Positions 49,525-59,965 of a stretch of DNA of 64,000 nt are shown piece after piece. How positions within the stretch are numbered: the stretch's first letter is position 1; each line of letters starts with the position of its first letter. The position numbers and the translations under genes are program-made. Below the pieces are notes generated by a model, which had not been told where the DNA came from, did not search any database, and saw nothing but the letters and a program-made list of their open reading frames with translations. This DNA is from an uncultured Solirubrobacteraceae bacterium (lineage in GTDB: Bacteria; Actinomycetota; Thermoleophilia; Solirubrobacterales; Solirubrobacteraceae): contig OY970301.1 in the NCBI GenBank assembly GCA_963716315.1, positions 3,197,327-3,261,326 of the forward strand, written 5' to 3'.

Positions 49525-50967
49525 GTGCCCCGATCTCGAGTACCGGCAGGTGATCAAGGCGAGGAGCGCTTTGAGCGGCTCCATTTCGCTCCCGCGCCGG
49601 CGGTGTCCGGGGCAGTACCTGGGCCGGGTTCGCAGCGGATGTTGGCCGAACAGGCGACCCTGGAGAGTCGCGCACGCTCCTATCCACGCGCCGTGCCGGT
49701 TGCTTTCGAGGAGGGACGAGGGGCAACTCTGCGCGACGTGGACGGCAACACCTACGTGGATTTCTTCAGCGGAGCGGGCGCGCTCAACCTCGGCCACGGG
49801 CACCCGGCCGTTGCGCGCGCAGCGAGCGAACAGCAGGCGCGGCTGGTTCACGCGCTGGACTTCCCAACGCCTCCTAGGCTCGCGCTGATGCGCCGCCTCA
49901 AGCGGATCTTGCCGGGTACCCTGCGACGCACGGCGCGCTTTCACTTTGGCGGGCCCACGGGCTCGGATGCGGTGGAGGCGTCGCTGAAGCTCTTGCGTTC
50001 CCACACTGGCCGACGGCCGATAGTGGCGTTCCAGGGCTCCTACCACGGGATGACGGCGGATGCGTTGACGGTCACCAGCGATGTGGGTTGCGGGGGACCG
50101 CAGGATACGGCTGTGCACTTCGTGCCATTTCCGTATTGCTACCGATGCCCCCTGGGACTGCGTCCGCAGTCGTGCGGGACGGCGTGCGCGAAGCTGCTGG
50201 AGACCTCCCTGCAGGATCCCTTTAGTGGGCTGCCGAAGCCCGCGGCAGTGATCGTGGAGCCGATCCAGGGGGAGGGCGGCACAATCGTCCCGCCGACGGG
50301 GTGGCTCGCGGAGATACGGGCGATCACGCGCAGGCACGATGTGCCGCTGATCATGGACGAGATCCAGACGGGGTTCGGTAGGACGGGGATGATGTTCGCG
50401 TGTGAACACGACGGGGTCACCCCCGAGGCGATTGTGCTCTCAAAGGCGCTCGGGGGGATCGGCTACCCGCTGTCGGGGATCGCGTATGACGAGTCGCTGG
50501 ATACATGGGAGCCCGGGGCGCACATCGGAACATTCCGTGGACACCAGGTTGGGATGGCGGCGGGGGCGGCGGCGATCGAGCTGATGCTGGGGCTCGACCT
50601 GCCTGGACGCGCACGCGAGCTGGGTAAGCTCACGCTGGGGCTGCTCGGCGAAGCGGCGGCGGCGGAGGATCTGATTGCTGTCGGGGAGGTGCGCGGGCGC
50701 GGGCTAATGATCGGCGTAGAGATGGTGCATGACCGCGAGAGCAGGGAGCCGTGGCCTGAGTTGGCGGCGGCAGTGCGCAAGGCATGCTGCGAAAAAGGGC
50801 TGATCATCGAGCTCGGAGGCCACTACGGCAACGTGGCGCGCTTTCTGCCGTCGCTTGTGATCTCCCGTGAACTCCTAGTAAGGGGGATCGAGATTTTTGT
50901 AGACGCACTGCGGGACAGCGAACGGAAATTCCACCAAGAACCGGGATGCGCTTGGGCGCAGCCTTGA
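49525..50967 (+). CDS. Class III aminotransferase, diaminobutyrate-2-oxoglutarate transaminase-like
   Basis: ESRARSYPR, GALNLGH, PTGSDAVE, EPIQGEGG, DEIQTGFGRTG, SKALGG, GTFRG. Confidence 0.9.
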   Translation: MPRSRVPAGDQGEERFERLHFAPAPAVSGAVPGPGSQRMLAEQATLESRARSYPRAVPVAFEEGRGATLRDVDGNTYVDFFSGAGALNLGHGHPAVARAASEQQARLVHALDFPTPPRLALMRRLKRILPGTLRRTARFHFGGPTGSDAVEASLKLLRSHTGRRPIVAFQGSYHGMTADALTVTSDVGCGGPQDTAVHFVPFPYCYRCPLGLRPQSCGTACAKLLETSLQDPFSGLPKPAAVIVEPIQGEGGTIVPPTGWLAEIRAITRRHDVPLIMDEIQTGFGRTGMMFACEHDGVTPEAIVLSKALGGIGYPLSGIAYDESLDTWEPGAHIGTFRGHQVGMAAGAAAIELMLGLDLPGRARELGKLTLGLLGEAAAAEDLIAVGEVRGRGLMIGVEMVHDRESREPWPELAAAVRKACCEKGLIIELGGHYGNVARFLPSLVISRELLVRGIEIFVDALRDSERKFHQEPGCAWAQP

Positions 50968-51184
50968 GCTGGGCAGGGTGTGGCGGAGGGCTGCAACCCC
51001 CGGAACATGCGCGGCTGGCGCACCAGCGATTTGGGCGACCTCCGCACGGTGTGAGCCATCTTGGGTTGACAGAGACTTCGACGCCAACCGTCGCTGGACA
51101 TACCCCAAGCGATGCCTATCTGCGCGTCGGCGAGGAGCACGGCACGATAGGTGTGCTGTAGGGAGGCCAACGCCGGGGTCTAGG

Positions 51185-51585
51185 TGGGCAGCCTCCGAGA
51201 TGTGCCGACAGCCGCGGCTCACTTGGCCTCCATCTTTCGGGCACCGTAGACGATGTCTGCGGGGATGCGTCCCCGCGTGAGTCGTCCGTGGTGGACACGG
51301 TCGTTGTTGTAGAAGCGTAGGTAGGTCTCGAGCTCTCTCTTCAGCCCGGTGTAGCTCGGGTAGATGTAGCGAGCAAAGGCGGGTCGCCAGCACTCGTCGA
51401 GGACCGTCCTCTGAAGCGCCTCGACGTTGCCGGGCGTCCTGCGTGGATGCGGCTGTGGCGGGCGCTGAGCTTTGCGGGTCTCGGTGAAGTCGTGGCCGCG
51501 GAACTCGTTTCCATTGTCCGAGAGCATCCGCTCCAAGTGCCAGCCGGCTGCCTTCAGCTCGGAGGCGACTCGCTGAGCGTGTGCT
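51185..51585 (-). mobile_element. IS481-family transposase remnant (3' part)
   Basis: LSDNGNEF..NVEALQRT..DECW..YLRFYNNDRVH; IR-like TGTCGGCACATCTCGG after the stop. Confidence 0.75.
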
Positions 51586-51725
51586 TTCTTGTGTTTCTGC
51601 CGTTTGCGCTCCCCTTGAGAGTCATCCCAACCAGCGCCGACGTGGCGCGATCGGTTGCTTACCCAGACCTGATCGAGACCCATGCGCTCGCCGTAATCAC
51701 GCCTTCGCGTGGGCGATCACCGACC

Positions 51726-52238
51726 TTAGTTCTGGAGAAGGAACCACTCGTCGTCGCGGAATGGTCTACCGCCGAAGCGTTCAAGGATCGTGGACTGCAT
51801 AACTTGGGCATAGTCCAGGACGTACTCGAACCGGGTGAGCATGTCGGACAGGCCCGGCTCAAAGCTCCACGATAGGGCTCTACCCCAAACGATTTCCTCG
51901 ACGACCACGAGCGCGAACTCGTCTCCGTAGCCCATGAAGGCACGCCCGGCCATGATTTGCTTGTTCTCGCATGCGACGTAGTAAGCCAGTTCCTCGCTGC
52001 GCGGAATTTCGATCGCTGCGCCTGCCCGCACTGAGATGATTGTTTGCTGCTCGATGTCGGGCACTCGCAGCAGGCTGAAGCCGCCCTCATGCTTGAGTAC
52101 CCATGCTCCCCCCGGCAATAGCGGCTCGTCGGTCAGCACCTGCCAACTGGATGCGGGATACCTCTCCTCGACGAAGCTCCGGAGAAGATTTCTTGCCTCG
52201 TCAGGCTCGGCCAGGGTGGCTGATCTAGACGACTCCAT
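51726..52238 (-). CDS. YbjN-like (T3SS-chaperone fold) protein
   Basis: 170-aa ORF with ELAYYVACEN..MAGRAF and terminal FGGRPF pattern; AGAGG SD. Confidence 0.55.
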   Translation of the reverse strand: MESSRSATLAEPDEARNLLRSFVEERYPASSWQVLTDEPLLPGGAWVLKHEGGFSLLRVPDIEQQTIISVRAGAAIEIPRSEELAYYVACENKQIMAGRAFMGYGDEFALVVVEEIVWGRALSWSFEPGLSDMLTRFEYVLDYAQVMQSTILERFGGRPFRDDEWFLLQN

Positions 52239-52614
52239 CGACGTGCCTCTCTTTCGCTCTGCCAGTCATAGGTAGCTGAAGACGAGCTACAGCGCGTCCG
52301 CGATCCCGCGTCCTCCGCAGCCTCGTGGACGGGCTTGGACTCTATACATTGCCGTCGAAAGAAAGTCCCGGCTTGCCAGAACTTGATGCTCAATCGGTAC
52401 TTGGCGAGGCAGCCTTCGCGGGAGCTCGTCTGGGGGTGTTACTGATGAACCTCAGGATCTCACGTGCCGGCGCGGTTTCTGAGCTGAGGATGGCTGATGA
52501 CCTGGACGGGACTCAGGTGCTCGCTGGTTGAGGGACAGAACGTGGACCAGGTCGCGGCACCGGTGCTCGTTCGAGGCGAGCTGGCTGAGCTGCGATCAAG
52601 TGCATCGGCAGCCT

Positions 52615-52725
52615 AGACATCCCAAATTTGCGGGATGGCATGCACCGGGGGTCGAGACCGCAAACGGACCGCAGAACGCCGAGAAATGGCTTAGCAAAGC
52701 CAACCTGAGCCCTCCTCCCCGATAG
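52615..52725 (+). repeat. att-like dispersed direct repeat, copy 3
   Basis: Same motifs and the same 54-bp and 27-bp spacings as 32463-32572. Confidence 0.85.
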
Positions 52726-52844
52726 AAATGCTAGTGGGTGTGGGAGGGGATGGGACGTCCGAGGGGGAAGGATTTGGCTCTGAGGAGGCGGGTCGCTTGC
52801 GAGAGGTCCGATGCCGCGGAGCAGTCCGGCTGAACAGGGCTAAT

Positions 52845-54584
52845 TCACAAGCAGTTAGGCACCGCTTGATCGGTGTTGACCGGTTCGCCCGATTCCCCGG
52901 GCGGTATGCCGTTCCAGAAGGTGTTGGCGACGGCATAGAAGCGGTCGTTCCACGGCGGCGAGTGGATGCGATACCAATAGCCGTCTGGTTCGGCCGATTC
53001 GATTTGCGGCGCGTATAGCTTGCAGCCGACTTCGACGAAGGCGAGGTCGCCAATACGGGGTCCTTCTCCGGAGGCGGAGCCGGGGTTTTCGAAAGTGGGG
53101 GCGCCAAGGAAACCGGCCTGCTCGGGGTAGAGAGCGGGCCCACGACCGGCGGTACGGTCATAGCCGCGCGTAAACGCCTGCAGCAAGCGGGATTCTTCGA
53201 TGTGCGGCCCCTGCCCGAGCCAGAAGCTGACCCAGCTCTGGCCTTCGAGCTTTTTCGGCGATTGCCAGTAGACGAAGTAGGTGGCGCCGGGGGTGACAGG
53301 GATGTCGCCGATGTCGGCTTCGGTGGGGCCATAGTTGACGATATAGGAGGTGGCGCTAGCGAGCACGCCGCTCGAGCAGTCGAAGGAACTGCATAGGCGC
53401 AGCGTGAGGGTTTCCGGTCCGGTTGCGCCGCGCGCGAGCGCAGGGTTGCCGACGATCACACCGAGCTTGGTGATCGTGTCAGAGGCGGCCGTGAAGTTCT
53501 GGTAGCCGTACAGGAATGGTCCCGAGTAGGGGGCGGGCGGTGGCTGAGCGCCGGCGTAGTCGATTGTGGAGCGCGGGCCGGGTGCGGGCCCGCTTTCGGG
53601 CTGGGCGTAGCCGCGCACTACAGCCTCCATTTCGTGGCTAGCGACGATTGTGGGTCCGCCGCCATGCCAGAAGGCGAGCCAGTGGCTGCCGTGGTCGTTC
53701 GTGGGCGGCTGCCACACCAGGTAATAGGTGTGCCCCACCACGACGGCGGCGTTGACTTCCACGGTGGTCATGCCGTAGTTGTTGACGGCGCCGCCGGCCG
53801 AGGCGAGCGCGCCGCCAGAGCAGTCGGGGGATTCGCATAGGCGCAGCGTGAGCGTGTCGCCCGGGTCGTGCCCAACTGGCACGTTGGGGTTGCCGATCGT
53901 GGTGCCGAGGTAGGTGACGCGGTTGGCCACCGCGGTGAAGGACTGGTTGGCGATCGTAAATTCGCCGGCGTAGGGAGCGCGGTCCCCGCGGGTCCCATCG
54001 ACGGAGGTGATCGCTTCGCGATCGGCGGGCGGTGGTGGCGGTGGTGGTGGCGGACTCGTCGGCGTGCTGGTGGTCGGGGGAACGGTGGTCGTCGTCGGTG
54101 ATTTGGACGGCACTGGGCACGCGCTCGGGTGCGTGTGTCTCGGCGGGAGGCACAGGACGTATTCCGAGCCGCTGGCGCTGCCGGCATCTTTCAGGCGGAT
54201 CCACAGCCCGACCCAGTCGCGCTTGGTAACGGTGATGATCAGGGTTGCGTGTACCGGGATCGTTTCGCCGCGGAGCCGGGCCTGCGCGAAGGCGCGCCCG
54301 GAGCGGAGCAGCCGGCCGCGACAGCCACGGCAGCGGACCTGGATCCGTAGGCCTCGCGGCGGCTTGACCCCGCGCTGCCAGGTGAGTTGCAGCCCCTGAA
54401 AGGAGACTCCGAGCCGCTGGCGACCGCGTTTCAGGTTCGGTCCGTTGACGCCCACGGGCCCGGTGTAGGGCAGCAGGCGCGCCGTGCTGGCGCCGACGGA
54501 GACGACGGTGCCGACACTGGCGCCGGCGGCGAGCACAAGTGCGGCGGCGAGCACGATACGTGTCCTATTCGCGGTGGGCGACAT
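52845..54584 (-). CDS. Secreted protein with Pro/Thr linker, two tandem ~140-aa domains and an SH3-like C-terminus
   Basis: Signal peptide; PYxG.F...Q.FTA...LG..(I/V)GNP..TLTLRLC...CS twice; C..DGYWYRI..VPNC. Confidence 0.75.
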   Translation of the reverse strand: MSPTANRTRIVLAAALVLAAGASVGTVVSVGASTARLLPYTGPVGVNGPNLKRGRQRLGVSFQGLQLTWQRGVKPPRGLRIQVRCRGCRGRLLRSGRAFAQARLRGETIPVHATLIITVTKRDWVGLWIRLKDAGSASGSEYVLCLPPRHTHPSACPVPSKSPTTTTVPPTTSTPTSPPPPPPPPPADREAITSVDGTRGDRAPYAGEFTIANQSFTAVANRVTYLGTTIGNPNVPVGHDPGDTLTLRLCESPDCSGGALASAGGAVNNYGMTTVEVNAAVVVGHTYYLVWQPPTNDHGSHWLAFWHGGGPTIVASHEMEAVVRGYAQPESGPAPGPRSTIDYAGAQPPPAPYSGPFLYGYQNFTAASDTITKLGVIVGNPALARGATGPETLTLRLCSSFDCSSGVLASATSYIVNYGPTEADIGDIPVTPGATYFVYWQSPKKLEGQSWVSFWLGQGPHIEESRLLQAFTRGYDRTAGRGPALYPEQAGFLGAPTFENPGSASGEGPRIGDLAFVEVGCKLYAPQIESAEPDGYWYRIHSPPWNDRFYAVANTFWNGIPPGESGEPVNTDQAVPNCL

Positions 54585-55674
54585 GGGTCCGTTCTTCAGG
54601 GCCCGTGGTCACGGGCTGTTCGGTGTGCGTGGTCGGGACCGTGCGGACTTTCTCGGGCTTGCTCGGCGGCGGGCTCGCGATGCTCTCGCCGGGTACTTCC
54701 GGCGTCGCGGGCGCCCCCGGCGTGGGCGCGATGGTTTCTTGTTTCGGCCGTGGCGGGCGCGGCGGCGGTGGATTCTTGAGGAACACGCCGTAGCGGCTGC
54801 GCCGGCAGATGTCCTGAGCCGCAGCCGCCGAATCCTCGTTACCCACCCGCTGTAGCTCGGGGCTCTCGTGAGCGAGCGGTTTCAGGTCGATCACCGGTGC
54901 GCCTGGGTCGGTCGGCGTGGCGGGCCCGGCAGGGCCCCAGCAGGCGACGGCGAGCGCCTCGACAACGTGTTTGCGGGTGCGAAGCGCCACACGGACCGGA
55001 GGTTGGTCGGCGCGCAGCAGCGCTGCGGCATGCCAGTGTGCGTCCGGGAGCACGAGCAACTCAAAGCCAAGTGCGACCGCTTCCTTCGTGTCCGCGGTCA
55101 ACAGCAGCCACCTGTGGCGGGCGTGTGCGGAGAGCGTCACGCGGCGTGGGCCGCCGACCTTGTCGTGCGCGCGGGCGCAGCCGCGCAGCGACGGTACGCG
55201 GCCTTCGCCGCTGGCGTCCGGGTATGGGAGCAACAGCCCGCTGCGCAGCACCCACCAGCGCTGGTCGAGCTCCTCGGTCGCAGGGTCGACGGTCGGCGCG
55301 CCGACGCAGAAGCCGATCGCGTGTACGGCGCGACCGGCTTCGAAGCTGTGCCCGGCAGGAGCGGTGAGGCGCGCTTCCACTCGCGCCTTCACATCCGAGT
55401 AGTTGGCCTTCGCTGCGTACACCTTCGGCGGGGAGTCGCCAAAGTGCGGGTACCAGTTATTCGCCCCGGCCACGCCACCGAGCGCGACGCTGAATACGGT
55501 CAGCGCCACTGCTCCGGCGGTTTTCTTCAGCGTCGACCCTGAGGCGGCCGCGGGCGCTGCGTCGACAGCCTGCTCCTGTGCCCCCATCGCAGGGATTCTG
55601 CCAGACACACGGATTCTGGTTTTGGGAACCATCTCGACGCCAGCCTCATTCTGGGTATCTCCGATTGAACCCAT
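54565..55674 (-). CDS. Secreted/membrane-anchored Pro-rich hypothetical protein
   Basis: Hydrophobic segment, GFCVG..DQRWW motif, Pro-rich tail; overlaps the next gene start. Confidence 0.65.
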   Translation of the reverse strand: MGSIGDTQNEAGVEMVPKTRIRVSGRIPAMGAQEQAVDAAPAAASGSTLKKTAGAVALTVFSVALGGVAGANNWYPHFGDSPPKVYAAKANYSDVKARVEARLTAPAGHSFEAGRAVHAIGFCVGAPTVDPATEELDQRWWVLRSGLLLPYPDASGEGRVPSLRGCARAHDKVGGPRRVTLSAHARHRWLLLTADTKEAVALGFELLVLPDAHWHAAALLRADQPPVRVALRTRKHVVEALAVACWGPAGPATPTDPGAPVIDLKPLAHESPELQRVGNEDSAAAAQDICRRSRYGVFLKNPPPPRPPRPKQETIAPTPGAPATPEVPGESIASPPPSKPEKVRTVPTTHTEQPVTTGPEERTHVAHRE

Positions 55675-55864
55675 CGCTTGTGCTGGCGGGGGCTGAGGGA
55701 AGGAAGGACCGTGCCAGTACCAGGCGAGGACTACGGCCTAGGTGCAAACCCTGCCCCGATCGCTCGGGGTTGAGGTCTCGTCGTCCAACCGGTAGGTTGA
55801 TGCGGCTATCTGGGATTTAGCGTAAGGCTGGCGCAGGCGCCGGCTTGGACAAGGGGGCAAGCTG

Positions 55865-57439
55865 GTGGGACGAAATCGAATTGGCGCGTTCACCATGACG
55901 CTCGCCGCCGTGACCTTGGGGATCTGGGTTGCGCCGGCGCTCCCGTCTGCTCTGGCGGCTCCGAAGCGTCCTCGCCATCACGTCCGGAACCCTCGCTGCA
56001 CGCCAGAGCCCCACGTCAACCTCGCTGCGCATAAGCATCGCCATGGCAAACAGTCGCACGCCCGCCGCGTCTGTCTACCGAAGGGCAATAAGGCAGTCAG
56101 GCTCGCCGCCCCTCAGCTTGGCGGGGGGTACCCGAACTCCCGGATCGCCGAAGTGGGGCTCTCAAGACTTGGCCAGCACGGCGGCCAATGCAAGGAAGCC
56201 GTGAACATCTGGGTCGCGATCGCCTCCAATGGGGCTCAGCACCTCGGCGGCGACTACTTGGCCAATTATCGAGTCGAGGGAGGTGTAGAAGTTGGGCGCG
56301 ATCAGGCCGTGGAGGGAGACGTCATCCAGCTCAACGGACCGGACGGCCGCTACTACTACGAAGGCATGCACACGGCCGTAGTCGTCTCGCACGCGCCAGG
56401 ATCGAACGGCTTCGTCGTGGTCGACTCCAACTCAAACTGGCACGAAACCGTCATGAAACACGAATGGAACCCGTATGCATCTGCGGCTGCGCATGGGCTG
56501 AGCGTCCACATTTGGCGGATGGGCAGCGCTGGCCCTCCCTCGACCGAAGGACAGCCAGGCCCTCAAGGGCCGGGGGTCGGGCCCGCCTTTGGGCTCACCG
56601 ATCTCGACTTCATCAAGACCACCAACACCGCCGGAACGGTCGAGGTCCACTGGGCCACCGCCGCCTCGAAGTACCAGCAGAGGGGCGGTGACTACACCTC
56701 CGACTTCGCGGTCCCTGGCCCCAACGATGGGACCTGGGACCTGTTCGGCTCCGCCAACGGCGCTCCAGAGCTCGGCTTCATCGATATGGCTAACACCGGC
56801 ACTGGCACCGTTGAGCCCCACTGGGACGCGCTTAGCGGCGGCAGCTACAAGCGCGCTGGAGACTTCGGATCCGACTTCAGCCTGGGAGACAAGGGCAACG
56901 GCACGTGGCAACTGTTCGGGTCGGCCGGCGGCGCACCCGAGCTTGGGTTCATCAAGACGACGAACACCGGCAGCGGCACCGTCGAGGTGCACTGGGACAC
57001 GCTCCAGGGCAGCACCTACAAGCGAGCCGGCGACTTCATCTCGGACTTCAGCACGGCAGACGCGGGTAACGGCACGTGGCAGCTGTTCGGGTCGGCCGGC
57101 GGCGCACCCGAGCTTGGGTTCATCAAGACGACGAACACCGGCAGCGGCACCGTCGAGGTGCACTGGGACACGCTCCAGGGCAGCATCTACAAGCGAGCCG
57201 GCGACTCCACCTCGGACTTCAGCCCGTCGGATGGCCCCAACGGTGCCTGGAAGCTATTCGGAGTCGAAGGAGCGTCGCCCGAGCTGGGCTTCGTCAAGCT
57301 CCGAAACACTCAGAGCGGGACGGTCGAGCCACATTGGGACGTGCTCGGACAGTCATCCTACGTTCGCGCAGGAGACTCCACATCAGACTTCAATCCAGTC
57401 GACGCAAACAACGGCAGCTGGCAACTTGGAACGTCCTGA
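55865..57439 (+). CDS. Secreted CHAP-like peptidoglycan hydrolase with five ~57-aa repeats
   Basis: GQCKEAV..GDVIQ..HTAVV..VVDSN; repeats ELGFIKTTNTGSGTVEVHW..AGD..SDF. Confidence 0.8.
   Translation: MGRNRIGAFTMTLAAVTLGIWVAPALPSALAAPKRPRHHVRNPRCTPEPHVNLAAHKHRHGKQSHARRVCLPKGNKAVRLAAPQLGGGYPNSRIAEVGLSRLGQHGGQCKEAVNIWVAIASNGAQHLGGDYLANYRVEGGVEVGRDQAVEGDVIQLNGPDGRYYYEGMHTAVVVSHAPGSNGFVVVDSNSNWHETVMKHEWNPYASAAAHGLSVHIWRMGSAGPPSTEGQPGPQGPGVGPAFGLTDLDFIKTTNTAGTVEVHWATAASKYQQRGGDYTSDFAVPGPNDGTWDLFGSANGAPELGFIDMANTGTGTVEPHWDALSGGSYKRAGDFGSDFSLGDKGNGTWQLFGSAGGAPELGFIKTTNTGSGTVEVHWDTLQGSTYKRAGDFISDFSTADAGNGTWQLFGSAGGAPELGFIKTTNTGSGTVEVHWDTLQGSIYKRAGDSTSDFSPSDGPNGAWKLFGVEGASPELGFVKLRNTQSGTVEPHWDVLGQSSYVRAGDSTSDFNPVDANNGSWQLGTS
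56897..57223 (+). repeat. Near-perfect intragenic tandem duplication, 171-bp period
   Basis: 56897-57052 repeated at 57068-57223 with few substitutions. Confidence 0.9.
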
Positions 57440-57531
57440 GCCGACGTTCTGAGCTGCCCTGCACCGTGGGGGGACATTTGTGACTCTCCGGATTGGGCAA
57501 ATCCGCCGTATCTCTGTGGGCAGGCTGGCAG

Positions 57532-59051
57532 TTATCGCCGTTCCTCTACAGCCTGCGTCGCAGCAGGCGATCCGAACCAGATACTCAGCGCGTCAATGAG
57601 CCCGGGATCGGCTGACTCTCCGACCCAAGCAACATATCCGTCGGGCCTGATCAGCGCGGCAGCAGGAGCAGTGACCACCCCGAGCACCGGAAGCTTCCAC
57701 GGGCCCAGATATTCAGCGTCGACCAGCTGAACCAGATCCGCCCATGCCGTGATGTCAAATCCGCCGGGCTCACTAAGATTGAGCAGTACGGGCCGGGCGC
57801 CGTGCAGCAACTCGAAAACCCGCACCGCCCCGTCCGCGGTCACAACATCCAAATCAGGCATTCGCCGCCCAACCAACGGATGCCCCTCACCAAACTCGTA
57901 CCGAATATCCAAGCCAGAACCGAGCCCAGCAAGCCACTTCCGAGGCTCGTCCATCCCCGCCAACTCCGACACCACATCGACCAGCGCCTCCATGCGCTCG
58001 TCCCGCCGCTGCAGCGCCGCCTGAGCCATCGTGTGCCAAAGCGCGCGAGCAGCCACCGGGTGCCGCTCCGCGTGGTAGGTATCGAACAGGCTCTCCGGCG
58101 AGACCCCGTGCACCACCTGAGCTAGCTTCCACCCCAGATTCACCGCATCCTGCACGCCGAGGCTGAGGCCCTGTCCACCGGCCGGGTAGTGCACGTGAGC
58201 GGAGTCGCCGGCGAGTAGGACTCGCCCGGCGCGGTAGGCCGCGGCCTGACGCGTCGCGTCGGTGAACCTCGAGATGGATGTGGGATCGTGGACCCGAAGT
58301 CGGTGCCGTAGACGGCAACGAGCGCCTCGCTGAGATCGCGCAGGGTGGGCTCGCTGCTGGGCCCCAGCTGCTGCTCGGTCAACATGACCCGCACCGGCCC
58401 CCCATCTCCGTAGACGACCTCGCCGTCGCGGATCTCGTACTCCAACCTGCCGATGCCGTGGATGCCTACGGCATCCTTGCGCACGCCCAGCTCCGGCTCC
58501 TCGGTCATCTCGACCTCGGCGATCAGGTTGCTCCTCGTCGCATCCCACCCGGGAAACTCGATGCCGGCTGCTTTGCGGATCACGCTGCGCCCTCCGTCGC
58601 ACCCGACGAGATACTGCGCCCGCAGCGGCTCGCCGTCGGTCAGCTCGACGTCGACGCCGGAGTCGTCTTGGGCGAAGCCGGTCACCTCGCGCCCGTAGTA
58701 GATCCGCACCGGCAGTTCGGCGATCCAGTCGGCCATGATCCGCTCGATCTTGCTCTGCCAGATCCCGAGCGAGTACGGATGACGCGTCGGGAAGTCGCTC
58801 ATGTCCAAGACGGTCGTGCCGATCATCGAGGCCTGGGCGACCTGACCCTCCTCGAGGAAGCGATCGGCGACCCCACGCTGGTCGAGCACCTCGATCGTGC
58901 GCGAGTGAAAGCCGCCGGCTCGCGAGCCGGCGAGCACGTGATCGGGACGCCGCTCGACGATCGCCACATCGACCTTCGCCAGCGCCAGCTCAGCCGCCAG
59001 CATCATCCCCGCCGGACCGCCTCCGGCGATCAGCACTTCATGCTCGCTCAT
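57532..59051 (-). CDS. FAD-dependent monooxygenase (aromatic hydroxylase type), frameshift near 58290
   Basis: GGGPAGMML, GCDGGRS in one frame; LAGDSAHVH..GGQG..QDAVNLGWKL, LIRPDGYVAW in the other. Confidence 0.85.
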
Positions 59052-59262
59052 TCACCGCTCCCTTCTCCGTAGTTCCGGCTTGCGGCGGGCGATTATGGGG
59101 CACGGCTCGGGCTTGAAACAAGCCCCCCACCCGGGTATAAATTGGAAGCGGAAAGGGTGAGTTGGCCCCTTTCACTGGGCGCTGTAGCGAGGCGCGCGCG
59201 GTATGCGGAGCTGGGCGAGTACGTTCCGTGTGTACCCGTACACCTCGACGGAAAGGCACCAG

Positions 59263-59886
59263 ATGAACCCCGACGCGCCGTACCCAGTCCAGTACTCGGT
59301 CGACTACCCCGACCGGCCGCTCAACCGCATGACGAGCTTCTTTCGCCTGGTGATGGTGATCCCGATCGGGATCGTGCTCTCGCTACTCGAGGGCGGCGGC
59401 TATGCGTCCGGGAGCAGCGAGAAGTTCGCCGGAGCCGTCGGCCTGGTCGTGCTGCCCACGCTGCTGTTGATCCTGTTCCGGCAGAAGTACCCGCGCTGGT
59501 GGTTCGACTGGAACATCGAACTGATGCGCTTCTCAGCCCGCGTCGGCGTCTACCTCGCGCTGATGGACGACAACTATCCCTCCACCGACGAGCACCAGGC
59601 GGTGCACCTCGACTTTCCCTACCCCGACGTGCCCGCCGAGCTCAACCGCTGGATGCCGCTGGTCAAGTGGCTGCTCGCGATCCCGCACTACGTGGTGCTG
59701 TTCTTCCTCTACATCGCCGCGTTCTTCGTCGTGATCGCCGCCTGGTTCGCGATCCTCTTCACCGGTCGCTTCCCGCGCGGGATGTTCGACTTCCTCGTCG
59801 GCGTCGGGCGCTGGACCAACCGCGTGATCGCCTACGCCCACGTGATGGTGACCGATCGCTACCCGCCGTTCAGCCTCGCGCCATAG
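59263..59886 (+). CDS. DUF4389-like membrane protein
   Basis: KWLLAIPHY, LFTGRFPRGMFDF, TDRYPPFSL; AAGG SD before ATG 59263. Confidence 0.8.
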   Translation: MNPDAPYPVQYSVDYPDRPLNRMTSFFRLVMVIPIGIVLSLLEGGGYASGSSEKFAGAVGLVVLPTLLLILFRQKYPRWWFDWNIELMRFSARVGVYLALMDDNYPSTDEHQAVHLDFPYPDVPAELNRWMPLVKWLLAIPHYVVLFFLYIAAFFVVIAAWFAILFTGRFPRGMFDFLVGVGRWTNRVIAYAHVMVTDRYPPFSLAP

Positions 59887-59965
59887 GTTCCGCGGGCGGC
59901 TGCGGGAAGGCGACGGCCGTGATCAAGCCGAATGGGGGCTGATCACGGCTCTCGCAGCGCAAATA

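Noticed and set aside
48250-50409. 719-aa minus-strand ORF and similar long ORFs (7200-8465, 17927-18823, 23326-24396, 39107-40573)
   Set aside because: Shadow ORFs opposite well-supported genes in high-GC DNA, with no recognisable motifs
56897-57223. CRISPR array
   Set aside because: The 171-bp period is an in-frame protein repeat with no unique spacers, and no cas genes are present
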